Shown here: positions 1-8,559 of the stretch, piece after piece | Numbering within the stretch: the first letter of the stretch is position 1 | Layout: the number at the start of each line of letters is the position of its first letter | Assembly: GCA_964488865.1 (NCBI GenBank) | Contig: CAZAWR010000074.1 | Coordinates: 1 to 50,624, forward strand | Reading direction: 5' to 3' | DNA length: 50,624 nt | Source of the DNA: an uncultured Polyangiaceae bacterium | GTDB lineage: Bacteria; Myxococcota_A; Polyangia; Polyangiales; Polyangiaceae | Notes under the pieces: model-generated | Told to the model about the DNA's origin: nothing | Databases searched by the model: none | The model's input: only the letters and a program-made list of their open reading frames with translations | Position numbers and translations under genes: made by a program

Positions 1-1
1 C

Positions 2-1054
2 GGCGGCGTGACGGGCGGCTCGGGCGGCGGCGTGACGGGCGGCTCGGGCGGCGGCGTGACGGGCGGCTCGGGCGGCGGCACCAGCGCTTGCCAGCTGGAG
101 TACCCCAGCCTTCCCGCAGCGTGCAACAGCTGCCTGCAGACCGAGTGCGAGACCCAGTGCGTCGACATCCAGACGGACGCCGACTTCGCCGCGTACCAGA
201 GCTGCCTGCAGGGCTGCTCCGAGGACGACGACGCCTGCATGACGGGCTGCGACAACTCGTTCCCGACCACCGCCGCGAAGTTCGACACCTTCGTCACCTG
301 CATCGGCGCCGAGTGCGGAGCCGAGTGCGGCGGCACCACCGGCGACTGCATCGTCGGCTGGAATGAACCGGCGTGCCTCGACTGCGCCACGGCCAAGTGC
401 GCGGCCCAGTGCAAGACCTACTCCGAGCTGCCGAACGCGATGGACCACTTCAACTGCGTCCTCGGCTGCGACGACCAGGGCTGCATGGACGGCTGCGACG
501 CGACGTACCAGGCCGAGGGCGAGGCGTTCAATACGTACTACGCTTGCGTCAGCGATGGCTGCAAGGACGAGTGCGGCATCAGCGACTTCTTCGAGATCTG
601 CGACAGCGGGCTGGGACTCGGCAACGAAACGTGCGCCACTTGCGTGGGCGACAGCTGCTGCACCGAAGTCAAGGCGTGCGCGGCCGACACCGCCTGCTAC
701 GCCTGCCTCACCGGCGGCGGCACCGGCTGCGACACCAACACGCTGGCCACTGCGGTCGACACCTGCTGGGAAACGAACTGCACCGCGGCGTGCACGACCA
801 CCGGCGAATGCACCCTCTCCTTTGGGACCAACACCGCTTGCACCGACTGCATGAACGCCAATTGCGAAACCCAGTGCATCGCGGCGTCTGACGACCCGAA
901 CACCGGGGATTACCTCGCGTGCGTCAACGCGTGCACCGACCAGGCGTGCACGGACACCTGCGACGGCCAGTTCCAGGCGACCGCTGCGCTCTTCGCCACC
1001 CTCGAGACCTGCCTGACCGCTCAGTGCGAGACCCAGTGCGCGGCCACTCCGTGA
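2..1054 (+). CDS. Secreted cysteine-rich tandem-module protein, 5'-partial (continues upstream of window)
   Basis: ORF is open from the window start. N-terminal (GGSGGGVT)n is encoded by a 24-bp tandem DNA repeat. It is followed by four ~75-aa modules, each with 8-10 Cys in recurring CxxC...CxxxC spacing (e.g. ACNSCLQTECETQC, ACLDCATAKCAAQC, ACTDCMNANCETQC). GC3 is high. Confidence 0.6.
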   Translation, partial: GGVTGGSGGGVTGGSGGGVTGGSGGGTSACQLEYPSLPAACNSCLQTECETQCVDIQTDADFAAYQSCLQGCSEDDDACMTGCDNSFPTTAAKFDTFVTCIGAECGAECGGTTGDCIVGWNEPACLDCATAKCAAQCKTYSELPNAMDHFNCVLGCDDQGCMDGCDATYQAEGEAFNTYYACVSDGCKDECGISDFFEICDSGLGLGNETCATCVGDSCCTEVKACAADTACYACLTGGGTGCDTNTLATAVDTCWETNCTAACTTTGECTLSFGTNTACTDCMNANCETQCIAASDDPNTGDYLACVNACTDQACTDTCDGQFQATAALFATLETCLTAQCETQCAATP

Positions 1055-1063
1055 CCTAGGCGC

Positions 1064-2056
1064 ATGACGCGGGATACCGTCCGCGGCGTCCCGCGTAGCC
1101 TCTCCCTCCCTCCCATCCTTCTCGTTGCTTCCGCAGTCCTCGTTCTGTCGTGGACGCCTCTTCCCGTTGCACAGGCACAAGCACAGGACCGCCCGCGACG
1201 GACAGGCGCCCTCGCCCCTGCCCCCTCGTCCCGCGCCCTCACCGGTGGCGTGGTCACCCTGCTCACGCCGGGCCCAGCCGAGATCTTGTTTCCGCGGGGC
1301 ACCTTCACCATGGGCTCGTCCCGTGTCGAGGTGCAGCTCGCCCTCGACGCCTGTCGACGCGAGCCCCTCGGCTCCGAGTGCAAGCCCGAGATGTTCGAGA
1401 ACGAACTCGACGCCCACCGCGTGACGCTGTCCCCCTACTGGCTCGACCGCACCGAAGTCACCGTCCAGGCCTACCAGCGCTGCGTCGACACGGGCACATG
1501 CTCGCCCCCTCCCTATCACCAAGGCGCCCGACGTTTCGACGCACCCTCCTTGCCCGTCTCCCTCGTGTCTTGGGAAGACGCTCGCGCCTTCTGCCACTTC
1601 GTGGGCAAGCAACTGCCCACGGAAGCGCAGTGGGAGCGCGCGGCCCGCGGACTGTCAGGACGTCGCTTCCCTTGGGGCTATCACTACGCCACGCGCAGGA
1701 CGAACCACGGCGTGTGGGCGCTCGACAACACGGACGCGTCGGACGGGTATTCCGAGCTTGCACCCGTCGGCTCCTTCCCGCAGGGGAGGACCACGGAGCA
1801 GGTCGAGGACCTGGCCGGCAACGTGGCGGAGTGGACCCTGGACGCGTACGAGGACGGGTACGAAGCGATGCCGGTGCAAGATCCAACGGGCCCCGCGTTC
1901 GGGGCCTACAAGGTCGTGCGCGGCGGGGCCTACAGCTTCGGCATGCCGTGGCTGCGAGGCGCGGCTCGCATGTTCCGAAAAGCTTCGACACGCGCTCCCT
2001 ACCTCGGCTTCCGCTGCGCCCGAAGCGCTTCTCCCAACCCCTCTGGCCATCGATGA
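1064..2056 (+). CDS. Formylglycine-generating-enzyme (FGE/SUMF1) family protein with signal peptide
   Basis: Motifs GTFTMGS, RVTLSPYWLDRTEVT, SWEDARAFC, QLPTEAQWERAARG, VVRGGAY and GFRCAR are typical of the FGE-sulfatase domain. ATG at 1064 is 10 bp after the upstream stop. Confidence 0.8.
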   Translation: MTRDTVRGVPRSLSLPPILLVASAVLVLSWTPLPVAQAQAQDRPRRTGALAPAPSSRALTGGVVTLLTPGPAEILFPRGTFTMGSSRVEVQLALDACRREPLGSECKPEMFENELDAHRVTLSPYWLDRTEVTVQAYQRCVDTGTCSPPPYHQGARRFDAPSLPVSLVSWEDARAFCHFVGKQLPTEAQWERAARGLSGRRFPWGYHYATRRTNHGVWALDNTDASDGYSELAPVGSFPQGRTTEQVEDLAGNVAEWTLDAYEDGYEAMPVQDPTGPAFGAYKVVRGGAYSFGMPWLRGAARMFRKASTRAPYLGFRCARSASPNPSGHR

Positions 2057-2946
2057 AGATCGCTCACCTCTCGGACCCCCACCTGCTGGACCTGCACGGC
2101 GTCCCCTGGCGCACCCTCCTGTCCAGCAAACGCATCACTGGCGCCGCCAACCTGCTCGTCGCTCGCGCGCGCAAGCATCGCGCGCCGATCGCGCGGCAAC
2201 TCGCTCGCCACATCCGCGAGAGCCACGTCGACCACGTGGTCATCACCGGCGACGTCACGAACCTCTCCCTCGACCCGGAGTTCGCGCTCGTCGCACGCTG
2301 GCTTCGGGAGGATCTCGCACTCGATCCCGAGCGCGTGTCCCTCGTTCCTGGCAACCACGACCGCTACACGGGCGACGCGGCGCGCTCTGAAGCGTTCGAG
2401 AGCGTGCTGGGGCCGTATCTCACGGGCGACCTTCCCTCATCCTCGCACTTTCCCTACGTCCGCTTGCGAGGCCCCGTGGCGATCCTCGGCGTCGACTCTG
2501 CCGTCCCGCGTCCTCCTCTCGTGGCGGCGGGCGAGGTCGGACGCGATCAGCTCGAGCGCTTGCGTAAGCTTCTCGAAGACGAAGCGGTACGCCAGCGCAC
2601 GCCCATGATCCTCGTACACCACCCACCGCGCTGGACGCGCTCGTGGTGCAAGGAGATGACCGATGGGCTTCGCGACGCGGCTGCGCTCCAAGCGATCTTG
2701 CCCCAGCGCCCGGGCTTGCTCCTGCACGGGCACATGCATCGAACCATGGTGCATTCGCTCCATGCCGGTCCATCGCGTTGGGCGGTCGTCGGCGCGCCCA
2801 GCGCATCCAGCACGTCGACCGCAGGGGATCGCGCGGCGGGCTACAACACCTACGTCTTCGATGACGAGGGGAAGCTCGTCGAGATGCTGTCGACCACGCG
2901 AGGAGCGGATGGCTCGTTGCACACGAGCGAGCTGCGGTCGGGGTGA
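2053..2946 (+). CDS. Calcineurin-like metallophosphoesterase
   Basis: MKIAHLSDPHL, VVITGDVTN, LVPGNHD, ILVHHPP and LLHGHMH match phosphoesterase motifs I-V. The ATG overlaps the upstream TGA (ATGA), consistent with translational coupling. The overlapping 1150..2946 ORF is an alternate-frame read-through. Confidence 0.75.
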   Translation: MKIAHLSDPHLLDLHGVPWRTLLSSKRITGAANLLVARARKHRAPIARQLARHIRESHVDHVVITGDVTNLSLDPEFALVARWLREDLALDPERVSLVPGNHDRYTGDAARSEAFESVLGPYLTGDLPSSSHFPYVRLRGPVAILGVDSAVPRPPLVAAGEVGRDQLERLRKLLEDEAVRQRTPMILVHHPPRWTRSWCKEMTDGLRDAAALQAILPQRPGLLLHGHMHRTMVHSLHAGPSRWAVVGAPSASSTSTAGDRAAGYNTYVFDDEGKLVEMLSTTRGADGSLHTSELRSG

Positions 2947-3052
2947 CGGGTTCAGAGTGGCCGCAGATGTCACAGAGATTCGCAGAAAGGGGAAAGGGGC
3001 TGGGGAGGCGATCGTCCTGTGCATCGGCGAATACAACCAATGCAACCCCACG

Positions 3053-3304
3053 CGCGGCGATGCCGCGCACACGCTGGACCCGGCGGTGCCGAGTCGCTAC
3101 GTCGGCGGATTTGTACCGACCTGAGCTTGCCTCAAGCATCACCACCCCTTCTGTGGTCTCTGCGGCTTCTGTGGTTTCACGCGCGGCGGTGCCGCGCACA
3201 GCGCTGGACTCGGCGGTGCCGAGTCGCTACGTCGGCGGATTTGTACCGACCTGAGCTTGCCTCAAGCATCACCACCCCTTCTGTGGTCTCTGCGGCTTCT
3301 GTGG
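3053..3304. repeat. Near-perfect tandem duplication of a ~126-bp unit (3053-3178 and 3181-3304) ending in the CTTCTGTGGTCTCTGCGGCTTCTGTGGTTTC element
   Basis: Direct sequence comparison. The units differ by only a few bases. Confidence 0.85.
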
Positions 3305-3481
3305 TTTCTGGGCTCACGCGCATCACCCGCTCTGCCAACCTCCGCACCAACCCACCATCTGTCAAACACGCGACCGCACATCCGCAAACACAACGAAAGC
3401 CATCTGCGGCTCTCTGCGGAATCTGCGGCCAACGAACCGTCTCGGCTCGGGCTCGGGATCAAGCTTGGGAGGATGGGGTGA

Positions 3482-3694
3482 TCAGGAGACCTGGGCGGGA
3501 CGCGTGACGTTGACAGCGAGCAGCCCCTTCGGGCCCTCCTGGATCTCGAACTCCACCGTCTCATCCTCAGCCAAGCTGCGGTGCCCGTCGCCGGTGATCT
3601 GCGAGTAGTGCACGAACACGTCGGGGCCCGCCTCCTGCTTGATGAAACCCCAACCCTTCGCGTCGTTGAACCACTTCACCTTGCCAACACTCAT
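3482..3694 (-). CDS. Cold-shock protein (CspA family)
   Basis: [18 protein letters not shown]...VFVHYSQI is the classic CSD sequence. GGAGG RBS precedes the internal ATG at 3694. The longer ORF start at 3781 is rejected. Confidence 0.9.
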   Translation of the reverse strand: MSVGKVKWFNDAKGWGFIKQEAGPDVFVHYSQITGDGHRSLAEDETVEFEIQEGPKGLLAVNVTRPAQVS

Positions 3695-3908
3695 GTGAAA
3701 CCTCCACTTGCTGGCTCGCGACGTCCTCGCGAACTCCTTGCCCCCCGGTTCGAACGGATAGATGCGTCCGCTCCGGAGCATGGCAACGCTAATGAAAGCG
3801 CAATGCCGGGGTCAAGTCACAGGGTGGGGATTTGCGGTCGAACGCCGCGGTGAGAACGTTCGCACGGGAACTGACGCGGGGTTTTCAGGGTGGTCACTTT
3901 CTACCGAA

Positions 3909-5672
3909 TCAGGCCTCCGCCGGCTCGATCCAGAGCTCAGAACGCATCGTTTCTAGGTGTTTCTGCAGCTCCTGCAGCCGCGCGTCGTGTTTCTGGCACT
4001 CCGAAACGGCAAGCACTCGCGCCGCCTCTCCCCGCTCTCGCTCCCGGCGCGCCGACGTGAGCACGTCGAGCACTTCGCGATGAACTTCCTCGCCCGCGCT
4101 CACGACCCACGCATCGAGCCCGGTCGCGAACGCTTCGATCATCTCCTCGAGCCTGGGCCCGACCTTGTCCGCGGCTTCCCTCACCGCCTTGGGAGCCAAC
4201 TCCTTCGCCTTGTTTCGCGTCTCCGTCTCCACGCGCCCCCGCATGTACAGCGCGAGCACCGGTGCGGCGAGCACCAGCACCCCGCCGAGCATCCAGTTCG
4301 AGAACATCACCGTCAGCCCCACGCCCGCGAGGGCCGCCACGCCTACGTCGTACGCGAACGTATCGATCTCGATCGTGGGCGAGTGCATGTCGGCTCCCAT
4401 CTTCGTGGCGAGCCGGCCACCTGCGTCCCGCGCGTCTTCCCGCACCAGCGCGATCATCTTCTCCGCAAGCTTCTCGAGAGCCTCGGCGATCTCTTCCGTC
4501 TCCCGACGCGCCCAGTCGCGGAAGGTCCGCTCCAGGAACGCCCCGAGGTGCGCCTTCAGCTCGTCGATCTCCGCACCGTCCACCATGCCCGGGACCTGCT
4601 CGCACACGTCCTCGACGAACCGGTCGAGGTCTCGCTTGGTCCAGGCCTTGATCGCCGCGACCTCCTCCCGGATCGCCGCCCTTCGCTGCTCGATCGTCTT
4701 GGCCTGGCCCGCCAGGTCTTCCTTGATCGCGGCGATGCGACGGTCGATCTCTTCCACGCTCATCTCGAGCGCACGCCGCTTGGCGTCGATCCCCTTGGCG
4801 AGCAAGCCGCACGCCTTGATCCCGTCGCCCAGGGCGTTGTCGAGCATGATGCGGCCGCGCTCCTCGGACAGGAAGGTGGTGAGGTAGCCGAGCAGTTCAT
4901 CCATCCCGGAGTCGTCGCGATGGCCTTCGAGAGCCTTCTCGGCGCTGACGCAGAACACGCGCGGGTTGGTGACGAGCTTTCCGAGCTGCGACTGCACGTA
5001 GCCCATGGCCTGGTCCAGCTCGCCCGGGTCGAGGATGTCCTTCTTCGTCACCACGAACACGATCTTGTCTCGTGATTGCCCGAGCAACTTCTCTTGCAGG
5101 AAGACTCGCTCGCTCTCCTTCACGAGCTGGCCGGCATCCAGCAGAAACAGCACGGCGTCCGACTGGGGGATGTACTCGTAGGTGATCTCGGCGCGCGCCA
5201 GGGACAGGTCATTCACTCCGGGGGTGTCCACGAGTGCAATGTGCTGCCGCAACAGCTCGGCGGGGTACCGGACCTCGAGCACACGCACCGGACCGGGGTC
5301 CGGGTCCGGTGTCGGGTTCCCGATCGCGAAGAGCTTCACGTCACCGAACGCGATCTCCTCTCGCAGCCCGCTGTCGAACACCGCCGTGGCCCGCGGCTCC
5401 TCGCCGTACTCGATCTCGTGGATCACCGCCGTCGTGGGCGTGACCCCCACGGGGAGCACATCGGAGCCGAGCATCGCATTCACGAAGGTGGTCTTGCCGT
5501 GGTTGAACTCCCCCACCACGACCAGGTGGAAGAGGTTCTCCTCGAGCTTGTCCACGACCCCCTTCTGGATCCGGTCGCGGGTGAACGACGTTCCCAGGTC
5601 TCCGGCGACCGCCGTGAGCTGGCCGAGCACACCGAGCACTGACTTTCGCTTTTCGTTGAATGCGTCGAGCAT
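3909..5672 (-). CDS. Bacterial dynamin-like GTPase (BDLP family)
   Basis: G1 motif VVGEFNHGKTTFVNAML and DTPG are present, then long coiled-coil regions and a C-terminal hydrophobic paddle (VGVAALAGVGLTVMFSNWMLGGVLVLAAPVL). Start chosen at MLDAFNEKRK, whose ATG overlaps the stop of the upstream peptidase gene (ATGA). Confidence 0.8.
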   Translation of the reverse strand: MLDAFNEKRKSVLGVLGQLTAVAGDLGTSFTRDRIQKGVVDKLEENLFHLVVVGEFNHGKTTFVNAMLGSDVLPVGVTPTTAVIHEIEYGEEPRATAVFDSGLREEIAFGDVKLFAIGNPTPDPDPGPVRVLEVRYPAELLRQHIALVDTPGVNDLSLARAEITYEYIPQSDAVLFLLDAGQLVKESERVFLQEKLLGQSRDKIVFVVTKKDILDPGELDQAMGYVQSQLGKLVTNPRVFCVSAEKALEGHRDDSGMDELLGYLTTFLSEERGRIMLDNALGDGIKACGLLAKGIDAKRRALEMSVEEIDRRIAAIKEDLAGQAKTIEQRRAAIREEVAAIKAWTKRDLDRFVEDVCEQVPGMVDGAEIDELKAHLGAFLERTFRDWARRETEEIAEALEKLAEKMIALVREDARDAGGRLATKMGADMHSPTIEIDTFAYDVGVAALAGVGLTVMFSNWMLGGVLVLAAPVLALYMRGRVETETRNKAKELAPKAVREAADKVGPRLEEMIEAFATGLDAWVVSAGEEVHREVLDVLTSARRERERGEAARVLAVSECQKHDARLQELQKHLETMRSELWIEPAEA

Positions 5673-6562
5673 CACACCACCTTCACGATCTCGTGGACCT
5701 TCGCGTCCACTTCTTCCATACCAAGCCCATCGTCGCCCAGCCCGGCCCGCTTTCGGTACAGGCGGCTCTGTTCGAAGACACGCATGGCCAGCACGCGCTT
5801 GGGAAGCCAGGGATGGGTCGCGAACACTTCGTTGTATCGCCCGGGCCCCTGCTGACTCTCCTCGTACTGCTCGAGGAACGCTTCGAGGTTCAGGTCGTCG
5901 TAGAGCTTGCGAGATCCCAGGGCGAGCTTGGTGAGGGCGCGGGTGGAGACCTCCGGCTGCTGGACGCACAAGAGCGACGCGCGGTCGCACGTGATTTCGG
6001 CCCTGCGAGACCAGGCCTTGAGGCCCACGAGGGCCGGCGTGACGATCCAACGCACGAAGAGCCCGGCCGCATGCGTCAGGAAGTAGAGCGTGGTCAGGTA
6101 CACCACGTGGTTGTTGTGAATGTGGCCGCACTCGTGCCCGAGCACGCTGGTGAGCTCCTCGTCGCTCATGTGGTCCACGAGGGCGGAGTGCACGAGGATG
6201 AAGGAGTCGTCGTTGGTACCGTAGGTGCCCGCGTTGAGCACGGGGTTGTTGGTGATGTAGATGGTGGGGGTGGCGATGCCGAGGGAGCGTGCGCAGGACT
6301 CCACGAGCCCGTGCACGCGGGGGAACTGCCTGGGCCCTACCTTGACGGAGGTGCCGAGCAGCTCGTTCTTGCCGACGGCCTTGAACATGCGGACGACGGC
6401 TTCGACGGCGAGCTGCACGGGTTTGACTTGTTCGAAGGCCGCGCGGGTTTGGCGATCGGAGACGTAGGCGTAGGCGTGCTCACCTCCTTCTTCGCCTGCC
6501 GACGCGATGGTTTGGCGTTCGGCCAGCCACCCCTGAAAGTCGAGTTGCCCAACACGGGCCAT
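5672..6562 (-). CDS. M48-family Zn metallopeptidase (HtpX/Ste24-like)
   Basis: HECGHIHNNH is the HExxH motif and flanking transmembrane helices are present. Start taken at MARVGQLDF; the upstream part of the ORF looks non-coding. Confidence 0.7.
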   Translation of the reverse strand: MARVGQLDFQGWLAERQTIASAGEEGGEHAYAYVSDRQTRAAFEQVKPVQLAVEAVVRMFKAVGKNELLGTSVKVGPRQFPRVHGLVESCARSLGIATPTIYITNNPVLNAGTYGTNDDSFILVHSALVDHMSDEELTSVLGHECGHIHNNHVVYLTTLYFLTHAAGLFVRWIVTPALVGLKAWSRRAEITCDRASLLCVQQPEVSTRALTKLALGSRKLYDDLNLEAFLEQYEESQQGPGRYNEVFATHPWLPKRVLAMRVFEQSRLYRKRAGLGDDGLGMEEVDAKVHEIVKVV

Positions 6563-6639
6563 TGGGAGCTCCTTCTGCCACGGCCAGTCACCGCGACGGG
6601 GTAACCGTAACCACGGAACCCGGGAGGCGCAATTTGCAC

Positions 6640-8541
6640 ATGGCGCAATCCCCGATCGCATGCGAGGATCCTTTGGATTGGGCGCATTCCGGTGATCGGG
6701 CGCCCTCCCTCGCCAAGGAAGGGGCGAGGTACCTTGCTTGGCACCCCAGCATGACGCAGCTCTTCGGCAACACCACGGGCCTATCTCCTCTCGCGACCCA
6801 GAAGCTCGAACGGATTTACCGGCGACGTGTCCCCCTCGACACGATCGCGACGCCGGAGATGATCCATTCGCTCTGCGAGGCTTCCCATGAAGCATCCCGG
6901 CAGGTCGGTGCGCTCGTGCATCGCTCCGGCCAGGTCGACTACGTGATCGTGGGGGACTCGAACCGGCTGATGCTCCCGGACTTCGGGCGCCTTCGTGCCG
7001 CGAGCGGGCGGTTCCGCGGGTTGCGCCTCGTGCACACCCACCTGCACGGTGAGCCCTTGAGCCCAGACGACCTGGTCGACCTCGTGCGTCTGCGCCTGGA
7101 CCTGATCGCGGCCATCCAGCTGAGCCCGGGGGGAGACCCTCGGGCCGTCTCCTATGCTCACAGCGTCCCGAAGCAACCCCACGCGCCTCCCTACCTCGTC
7201 ATCGGGCCGGACCACCCTTCGCGCCTTCGCGACGACTTCGGCAGCCTCATTTCGAACCTCGAGAGTGAGTTCGCCCGGCATACCCGGACCCATTCCGTGG
7301 TGGCCCAGGTCGAGCGCGCCATCCTCGTGCAGGTGGGGAGCAAGTCCGAGCGCGACTGCGCGCAACGCATGGAGGTGTCCCTGCGTGAGCTGCGCGAGCT
7401 CGCACGAACCGCGGGGGTCGAGATCGTGGAGACCCTCACCCAGCTTCGCGACCGCATCGACCCCAAGCTCGTCATGGGCAAGGGCAAGCTCGAGGACCTC
7501 ATCGTTCGCGCCATCGGGGCCGATGTCGACCTCGTCATCTTCGACAACAACCTGACCCCCACCCAGGCGTCGAACATCGCGCGCCACACGGACCTGCGCG
7601 TCATCGACCGCACGCAGCTGATCCTCGACATCTTCGCGCAGCGCGCCCAGAGCCGCGACGGCAAGCTGCAGGTCGAGCTCGCCCAGCTCAAGTACGCCTT
7701 ACCGCGTCTCAGCCAGAAGGACGATTCGCTCTCGCGCCTGACGGGCGGCATCGGAGGACGGCGCGGTCCCGGCGAAACCAAGCTGGAGATCGGACGACGC
7801 CGCGCGCGTGAGCGCGTCACCCGCCTTGAACACGAGCTCAAGAAGCTCGCGTGCCAGCGGCGCCAGCGTCGTCGCAAGCGCAGCCGGCTCGGGGTCCCCG
7901 TCGTGGCCATCGTGGGCTACACCAACGCGGGCAAGAGCACCCTGCTCAACACGCTCACGCATGCCAACGAGCTCGCGGAGGACAAGCTCTTCGCGACCCT
8001 CGACCCGCGCTCACGACGCCTTCGGTTCCCCGAGGACCGGGAAGTCGTGCTCACGGACACGGTGGGCCTGATCCGCGACATGCCCGAGGATCTGTTTGCT
8101 GCGTTTCGCGCCACCTTCGAGGAGGCTGCCGACGCCGACCTCATCCTGCATGTGATCGATTCCTCCGATCAGGATCGGGACCAGCACATCCGCACCACCG
8201 AGCAGATGCTTGCGGAGATCGGGTGCGAGCAAATCCCCCGCATTCTGGTGTTCAACAAGGCGGACCTGCTGGAGCCGGGCGAAGGCCACCGCCTCGCCGC
8301 GGGCCAGGACCACGCCGTGGTGCTCTCCGCCCTTCGTCGAGAAACCACGCGCGCCCTGTTGAACATGATGGGAGACATGCTCGCCGAGCGCTGGAGCGCG
8401 AGCGCCCTCACGCCCGAGCTCGTGCTGGCTTCGCCCCTCGTGGAAGACTTCGACGAGCAGGAGGACGACCCTTCCTTGACCACGCTCGACGAGATGCTGG
8501 AAGCGTCGGGCAGGCGAGCACGACGCACGAACGCTGCGTAG
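6640..8541 (+). CDS. hflX: GTPase HflX with a ~230-aa N-terminal extension
   Basis: VIDRTQLILDIFAQRA, GKLQVELAQLKY, GGIGGRRGPGETKLE, GYTNAGKST and DTVGLI are present. Start is uncertain: a TTG at 6562 or the ATG at 6640. Confidence 0.8.
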   Translation: MAQSPIACEDPLDWAHSGDRAPSLAKEGARYLAWHPSMTQLFGNTTGLSPLATQKLERIYRRRVPLDTIATPEMIHSLCEASHEASRQVGALVHRSGQVDYVIVGDSNRLMLPDFGRLRAASGRFRGLRLVHTHLHGEPLSPDDLVDLVRLRLDLIAAIQLSPGGDPRAVSYAHSVPKQPHAPPYLVIGPDHPSRLRDDFGSLISNLESEFARHTRTHSVVAQVERAILVQVGSKSERDCAQRMEVSLRELRELARTAGVEIVETLTQLRDRIDPKLVMGKGKLEDLIVRAIGADVDLVIFDNNLTPTQASNIARHTDLRVIDRTQLILDIFAQRAQSRDGKLQVELAQLKYALPRLSQKDDSLSRLTGGIGGRRGPGETKLEIGRRRARERVTRLEHELKKLACQRRQRRRKRSRLGVPVVAIVGYTNAGKSTLLNTLTHANELAEDKLFATLDPRSRRLRFPEDREVVLTDTVGLIRDMPEDLFAAFRATFEEAADADLILHVIDSSDQDRDQHIRTTEQMLAEIGCEQIPRILVFNKADLLEPGEGHRLAAGQDHAVVLSALRRETTRALLNMMGDMLAERWSASALTPELVLASPLVEDFDEQEDDPSLTTLDEMLEASGRRARRTNAA

Positions 8542-8559
8542 CCAGGTCGAGCGCCGCCA

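Noticed and set aside
1150-2946. 598-aa ORF spanning the FGE gene in another frame
   Set aside because: Arg/Pro-rich read-through typical of GC-rich DNA. The real gene is the in-frame phosphoesterase starting at ATG 2053 (MKIAHLSDPHL).
2663-3254. ORFs 2663..3124 and 2943..3254 both ending ...AVPSRYVGGFVPT
   Set aside because: They lie across the 126-bp tandem repeat, so the shared ending reflects the DNA duplication, not a conserved protein.
3957-6604. Large plus-strand ORFs (3957..5075, 4165..4887, 5182..5934, 5660..6604) antisense to the dynamin and peptidase genes
   Set aside because: Low-complexity R/S/P-rich translations. The opposite-strand genes have clear motifs.
6562-6640. TTG start at 6562 for hflX
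   Set aside because: It would abut the divergently transcribed peptidase start with zero intergenic space. The ATG at 6640 (MAQSPIA) is preferred but not proven.
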